Of a stretch of 64,000 nt of DNA, positions 59,183-64,000 are shown piece after piece; position 1 is the first letter of the stretch; each line of letters starts with the position of its first letter. The position numbers were made by a program, and so were the translations under genes. Origin of the DNA: Microcoleus sp. (GTDB lineage Bacteria > Cyanobacteriota > Cyanobacteriia > Cyanobacteriales > Microcoleaceae); contig CP181291.1 of NCBI GenBank assembly GCA_052279835.1, forward strand, positions 192,001 to 256,000, in the 5' to 3' direction. Under the pieces are notes generated by a model, which was not told the DNA's origin, made no database searches, and saw only the letters and a list, made by a program, of their open reading frames with translations.

Positions 59183-59277
59183 GAATCCCTGTTGCTTCAG
59201 CACAGGGAGTGTCAAAATACTGGTTTGCTCCGAAGGTTAGATTCCATCGAACTGGTGCAGTGGGCGGAAGATTAATT

Positions 59278-59532
59278 CTACAGTTCTGAGGGAGTATCGG
59301 GAGCCACCTCTATGCCCATTCCTGATTGCATCATCTGCTGATCCGTAATCAAGTCGCTCAATTCCTGGAATTGGACGCCAATGTTTTGGCAAGCTAGCTT
59401 AAGTTGGCGATCGAATGTATGAATGTCACTACCATAGCCGCAAAGTTGCGCTGCTGTGGCAATACCCTGTGGGGCGTTGGCTTTGGCGCAGTCGATTAAC
59501 TCAATGCCTGTGAGGGGTTGGGATGATGCCAT
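59278..59532 (-). CDS. Conserved cyanobacterial hypothetical protein
   Basis: PL.G.ELIDCAKANA..G...AA..CGYG.D...F...L..AC pattern. Confidence 0.65.
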   Translation of the reverse strand: MASSQPLTGIELIDCAKANAPQGIATAAQLCGYGSDIHTFDRQLKLACQNIGVQFQELSDLITDQQMMQSGMGIEVAPDTPSEL

Positions 59533-59715
59533 AGTGTCACACCGCAGATTCAGATTTTGTCTTACTGTATCCAAAATGTTGAGGGCGATCGATCTATCCA
59601 AAGGCAGGAGAAATCTAGCACCACCAAAGTCCAGTTAATTTTTGGGCAAAAACTGCCAAAATAGCAGTAATCATGTGGATTCCTTGACATCTACCTCCCT
59701 AACTTGGTATCAGTT

Positions 59716-60405
59716 ATGGTGAAAAACCAGTCCCTATCTAAAATTCAGTGGCTCTGGACAGTCCGGCATCGCCTCTTAGTCTCTGTTTTGTTGGCTATAG
59801 CTGTGGGGTTTCTACTACCACCAGACTATCTCAAGCTGACGAGAGCTCTGTGTATTTGGGACACCGGCCTAGTCAGCTTCCTGGGTTTGACTTTGGTGCT
59901 CATGGTGCAAGCCACCCCAGAAATGATGCGCCACCACGCACAACAACTCGATGCCGGCCGCGCGGTGATCCTCAGCTTGATCTTGGCAGCGGCTTGTGCT
60001 AGCGTCCTCGCCCTAGTTTTCCTGCTGCACGATACCAAAGGCCTGGACTCCAAGTTGCTAGTTCTGCACTTGGGGCTTTCGGTTTTGACCATAGTTGGGT
60101 CTTGGCTGCTGGTGCATACTATCTTTACCATGCACTATGCCCGCAGCTACTACCAAAACCCCAGAAAGTCGAATCACAACAAACCTGAACCAGTCAAGGG
60201 TTTGGATTTTCCGGGGGACGAAGCACCTGACTACAAGGATTTTCTCTATTTTTCCTTTGGGGTGGGCATGACTTGCCAAGTTGCAGATGTGCAAACGACT
60301 TCTCGCTCTATGAGGTCTTTGGTTTTGTTGCATAGCGTGCTTTCTTTCTTTTTTAACACTGCCATTCTGGCGATGAGCGTTAATATTATTGCTGGATTGA
60401 GTTGA
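59716..60405 (+). CDS. DUF1345 membrane protein
   Basis: SW..VHT.F..HYA..YY, FPG...PDY.DF.YFSF..GMT.QV.D, FFFNT.ILA..VN. Confidence 0.9.
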   Translation: MVKNQSLSKIQWLWTVRHRLLVSVLLAIAVGFLLPPDYLKLTRALCIWDTGLVSFLGLTLVLMVQATPEMMRHHAQQLDAGRAVILSLILAAACASVLALVFLLHDTKGLDSKLLVLHLGLSVLTIVGSWLLVHTIFTMHYARSYYQNPRKSNHNKPEPVKGLDFPGDEAPDYKDFLYFSFGVGMTCQVADVQTTSRSMRSLVLLHSVLSFFFNTAILAMSVNIIAGLS

Positions 60406-60492
60406 AAAAAAATCACACAATCTAGATACTTGTCAATAGATAAGTGAGAATTTTTACATTCTGTTACGCGATCGCTCTAATTTTATCAACTC

Positions 60493-63456
60493 CTATGGTT
60501 TGTTTAGTTGTTGCCATGCTACTCCCATTATAATAATAGCGCCAATCAAACTAATGCTAAATATTATCGTTATACCAATAATCATCAATTTTGCTTTTTG
60601 CTCTGCCATTGCTAACAACTTTTCTGATTCATCTACCAGTTTTTCTGATTTATCTCGCAGTTCTTCTGACCACTTTTGTTCTTGTTGCATTGCGTTTTCT
60701 AATTTATCTCGCCGTTCTTGTGACAAATTTCGTGCTTGTTGTCTTGCATCTATCGATCTCTTCATTTTAGCTAGATCCTGATTAATTTCGTGTAACTTTA
60801 GTAATGGCACACTTTTTCGATTGCGGATAAAAGGCACTAAATAATCATGGACAAGTTGATAGCGTTTCGGAGTTGCTGGGACTTCTAACACCAATCCCGA
60901 TTTAACCACAATCTCGATAACCAAATCTAATGTTTCTAACTCGCTGCCTGAATCTGCTGCTAATTCAGCCCAAGTTTTCTGAGGACGAGTGTTGTTTTCA
61001 TCCGTCAGCAAATACAAAACAAGTTCGGCAATATCTTTATTTTCCCTGCCGCAATCTCTGATAACTTCATCTAAAAACTCTTTAACCAGTTTGACCTTAG
61101 CCTGACTACCAAGTTGCTGATATTCAGTAAGTCGAGTAATGTGCTGTTTTTCCAGTTGCATCCCCACTATTTGCAACTCGATCGGCCGCACTTCGCCGAG
61201 TGTACCTGCCAAATCTGCTATCATTGCATCTACCAAATCCTCGTCCCAGTAGAATTGAGAACCTTTGGTTAATGTTTGAACAACAGTTGTCGCATCGGAA
61301 ATTGAAAAATTACCCAAGTAATAGCAGATTATTTTAGTTAGAATGTCGTTATCAATAATTGATAAATTGGTGGCGCGATTGAACTCTAACAAGTAAAAAA
61401 GATAATCTTCCCGCAGCGACAGGATAATTTTGAGGTCGCTAATCTGATTTAAACATTCAGCCAGGAAATCATATAACTCTCGCCTACCAATTCTATCTTG
61501 ATAAGCAAAGAAAAATTCCTCAAATTGGTCAAAGATTAATACAGTTAATAAATTACGGTCTTGATTCAGTCGCAACTGTTCTAAAATAGCTGTCGGAGTG
61601 TCGATCGCCCCTGACAAACTCACACCTTTTAATTGTTCAATTCCTGCTTTCAAACACTGACCGCAATCCCTCGCCCAATCATGATAAGATTGCAATAAAA
61701 CAGGCAATATGTCCCGCGCTTCCAAAGTTGTCAGTTGCAGTGCAGGAACTAACCATGCCTGAATTATCGAACTTTTTCCTACCCCAGATTGTCCGTAAAC
61801 GATCGTCAGCCTCCCACCAGGCGTACGTATCCGTTTACTGATCTCTTTAATATCGCGAGATCGCCCAGAAGCGGCTTCAATTTCCTCAATAATTTCAGCT
61901 TTCGACTTACCGGATGCTAAACCGATGTCAATGATTTGTTGCGGCGACTGCAAGCGACTAGCACCGATAAAAGCTTGCAATCCATATTTGCTTTTAACTT
62001 GTTGTTGTTCTAGTTTGATATGAAATGCTTTTAAATATTTGCCTTGTTCAAAATAGAGAGTTCTCAACTCTTCTAAAATTCTCAGATAAAGCTGCACATC
62101 ATCTTGAGGCTGTGTAATTTCTTTAGCTGCTTGTAAGTTGTTAACTGCCTCCGACTGTTGACTGAGGTTTCGCTGCGCTTTTGCCAAAAGTAACAGATAC
62201 AAACCAGTTTCTTGTTGGCAAAGCTTACGCACTCCTACCAAAGAAACCGGGTTTTTTACCGAATCTGGCGACAACAACGAAGTATTTTTGTTAAAAAACC
62301 CAGTTTCTGAGTCCCCATGCGTAAGTCCTAGTTGGGATACTCCTGGTTGTGATAAAATAGCCAATGCTAATTCAGCTAATTCGCCAGCTTTTTCCCACTG
62401 AGATTTTTGCAGCGCTACCTCAGCCAAAAAGCCATAATCTTGAGCGACTTGACTCGGAGTGCCACAAATTTCATGAATTTTCAAGGCTTTTTCAGCTAAA
62501 TTTTGCAACTCTTCCCAAGCTTGTAAAAGTCGCAGGACTTCGCCGAGCTCGCTAATACATTTAGCTGCTAAGTCGTTTCGTTGTGCTTGCTCAAAAATAT
62601 CCAGAGATTGCTGTAAATAATTTCTAGCTTCTTGCCAATAATCTTGTTTTCCTGCCCGCTGCAATTCAGCTTTGCGGTTGTAAGCTTCAGCAATCTTCTG
62701 GCCGACAATTCCCTGTCTTTCTAACTGGTGATTTTGCTGCCAAAATGCTAAACTTTGCTGATAATGTGCGATCGCTAAATCTATTTTATTTTTGTGAGAT
62801 TGCACTAAACCTCGAATAAATTGCCAACTAGCTTGCAATTCCGGGTCTAATGTTTCTCTTAAATTTTTTAGGTCATTCTCCAGCGACTCAATTTCACATT
62901 CCTCTAATTTAAAATTCTCAACATTAGCAAAAGCTTGGTCTGCTTGTTGCTGCAAAAAAATCATCAAATCATCGGGTGGTATAGTAAACTGAATTGGAGA
63001 AGGAGCCCAAGACTTTAAATCAGTTGCCGATCGACTAAATTTAGCTAGTACAGCATCCGTCACCCATAATATCACAGGAAAAGCAAAATCTTGCTTGAAT
63101 TGGTCACGCGCTCGATTAGCCCCAGCTAGCAGGTCATCAAGAGCAACCACCGATTCGATACCGACAATTATTAAAGCTTTCGGCGGTTGCTCTTGGACGG
63201 CATCGAGAATAGTTTGATGAAGTATTTTGGTAGCAGGTGTTAGGACTAATTCTTGATATGCAACAGTTGAGCGATCCTCTACGAGGGCTGCGCTAACGCG
63301 CAATTTTTGCAGCATAGCATAACGCAAGCTAGCATAATTGCAGCAGGCTAAAGTCAAAGAAAATTTTCCTTGAAAGCGGGCGATGGTCCGTAGTAATGTA
63401 GAGAGCGATCGCTCGTTTTCTGATGCAATATCTTCGGCGCGATTTGAGTTTACCAT
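60493..63456 (-). CDS. TPR plus nSTAND1-type NTPase with coiled coil and C-terminal TM
   Basis: N-terminal degenerate NTPase-like region, TPRs, Walker A GQSGVGKSS, Walker B IFDQFEEFF, SLREDYL, RYQLVHDYL; terminal TM. Confidence 0.85.
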   Translation of the reverse strand: MVNSNRAEDIASENERSLSTLLRTIARFQGKFSLTLACCNYASLRYAMLQKLRVSAALVEDRSTVAYQELVLTPATKILHQTILDAVQEQPPKALIIVGIESVVALDDLLAGANRARDQFKQDFAFPVILWVTDAVLAKFSRSATDLKSWAPSPIQFTIPPDDLMIFLQQQADQAFANVENFKLEECEIESLENDLKNLRETLDPELQASWQFIRGLVQSHKNKIDLAIAHYQQSLAFWQQNHQLERQGIVGQKIAEAYNRKAELQRAGKQDYWQEARNYLQQSLDIFEQAQRNDLAAKCISELGEVLRLLQAWEELQNLAEKALKIHEICGTPSQVAQDYGFLAEVALQKSQWEKAGELAELALAILSQPGVSQLGLTHGDSETGFFNKNTSLLSPDSVKNPVSLVGVRKLCQQETGLYLLLLAKAQRNLSQQSEAVNNLQAAKEITQPQDDVQLYLRILEELRTLYFEQGKYLKAFHIKLEQQQVKSKYGLQAFIGASRLQSPQQIIDIGLASGKSKAEIIEEIEAASGRSRDIKEISKRIRTPGGRLTIVYGQSGVGKSSIIQAWLVPALQLTTLEARDILPVLLQSYHDWARDCGQCLKAGIEQLKGVSLSGAIDTPTAILEQLRLNQDRNLLTVLIFDQFEEFFFAYQDRIGRRELYDFLAECLNQISDLKIILSLREDYLFYLLEFNRATNLSIIDNDILTKIICYYLGNFSISDATTVVQTLTKGSQFYWDEDLVDAMIADLAGTLGEVRPIELQIVGMQLEKQHITRLTEYQQLGSQAKVKLVKEFLDEVIRDCGRENKDIAELVLYLLTDENNTRPQKTWAELAADSGSELETLDLVIEIVVKSGLVLEVPATPKRYQLVHDYLVPFIRNRKSVPLLKLHEINQDLAKMKRSIDARQQARNLSQERRDKLENAMQQEQKWSEELRDKSEKLVDESEKLLAMAEQKAKLMIIGITIIFSISLIGAIIIMGVAWQQLNKP
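62219..62330. mobile_element. MITE family A copy, in-frame within the nSTAND gene, 5-bp TSD
   Basis: CAAAGCTTACGCA ... TGCGTAAGTCCTA ends; GTTGG at 62214-62218 and 62331-62335; 112+5 = 117 bp = 39 codons. Confidence 0.85.
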
Positions 63457-63499
63457 AATATTAGAAAGAAAGGGGATATTTAAGGGGTATTTGGTATGA

Positions 63500-63760
63500 G
63501 ATCCCCCCTAGCCCCCCTTAAGAAGGGGGGGACTGGAAGCTGTCAAAGTCCCCCTTCTTTCCCCCCTTCTTTCCCCTCTTCTTTCCCCTCTTCTTTCCCC
63601 TCTTCTTTCCCCCCTTGGGGGGGGTAGGGGGGGTAGGGGGATGCGAGGGGGATCGGGACTCGGAAATAACAGAGGAATCTCATGCAGTCAAAGTCCCCCT
63701 TCTTCTTCTTTCCCCCCTTGGGGGGGGTAGGGGGGGGTAGGGGGATGCGAGGGCGATCGA
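63500..63760. repeat. Cluster of C/G-run palindromic repeats with an internal duplication
   Basis: CCCCCCTAGCCCCCCTTAAGAAGGGGGG; GTCAAAGTCCCCCTTC...CCCCCCTTGGGGGGGGTAGGGGGGGTAGGGG(G)ATGCGAGGG twice; 12-bp TTTCCCCTCTTC tandem. Confidence 0.85.
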
Positions 63761-63788
63761 GACTAGGGAAAAATCGAATGAAAATCAT

Positions 63789-64000
63789 CTAATTTTGCTC
63801 CTGCCACAGCTTAAATTTCTGAGTTTCCATCAATAGCGGATTCAACGCAAACCAAATTCTTTCATTATCTACATACTCAAAAACCCACAGGTTTCGCAGC
63901 AAATCTTGGTATTCTTTGTCTCCTTTAATGGTTTGTTCTTTCACCACTTTAAAAAGTAATTCCCACTCATCATTATCAATGCCGCGACTGAGAGTATCAC
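63789..64000 (-). CDS. C-terminal part of a protein, probably the P-loop ATPase partner of the nSTAND gene (partial)
   Basis: ...DTLSRGIDNDEWELLFKVVKEQTIKGDKEYQDLLRNLWVFEYVDNERIWFALNPLLMETQKFKLWQEQN*. Confidence 0.7.
   Translation of the reverse strand, partial: DTLSRGIDNDEWELLFKVVKEQTIKGDKEYQDLLRNLWVFEYVDNERIWFALNPLLMETQKFKLWQEQN

Larger units (their letters stand above)
57716..59215 (+). mobile_element. Non-autonomous IS200/IS605-family element (tnpB plus RHH gene, no tnpA); left boundary approximate
   Basis: Left hairpins CGGGGTCTGAAGCCCCG and CCGTCGTTCTACGACGG (57724-57754); right hairpin TCCCTGT...ACAGGGA ending in TCAA at 59215. Confidence 0.8.

Noticed and set aside
63543..63788. 81-aa ORF (PPYPPQGGKEEGKEEG)
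   Set aside because: It is a translation of the low-complexity repeat cluster.

Overview
This looks like a 64-kb chromosomal window from a filamentous cyanobacterium, probably Microcoleus/Oscillatoriales-like. That is inferred from abundant HIP1 (GCGATCGC) sites, ndhD, COP23, Uma2 paralogues and short tandem repeats. Housekeeping and signalling genes (tRNA-Asp, SRP RNA, ndhD, tldD, bioF, ClC channel, Fur-family regulator, CHASE/PAS/GAF kinase, and an unannotated pirA with an NtcA site) are mixed with accessory material. That material includes: (i) a 3.2-kb array of about five toxin-antitoxin cassettes separated by HIP1-cored repeats; (ii) an HTH-STAND gene divergent from an AIG1/Toc34-like GTPase across a helically phased TCCGAC repeat; (iii) an atypical DNA-phosphorothioation-related locus (SF2 helicase, CxC/SMC-like ATPase, dnd-associated protein 4, three DGQHR/DndB paralogues, dndC with no adjacent dndDE); (iv) IS200/IS605 elements, including a tnpB carrying a small divergent RHH gene; and (v) several miniature repeat or MITE families, two of which sit in-frame inside proteins. 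Three genes carry single-site disruptions that could be real or sequencing errors. All product calls come from motif recognition only; no database searches were run.
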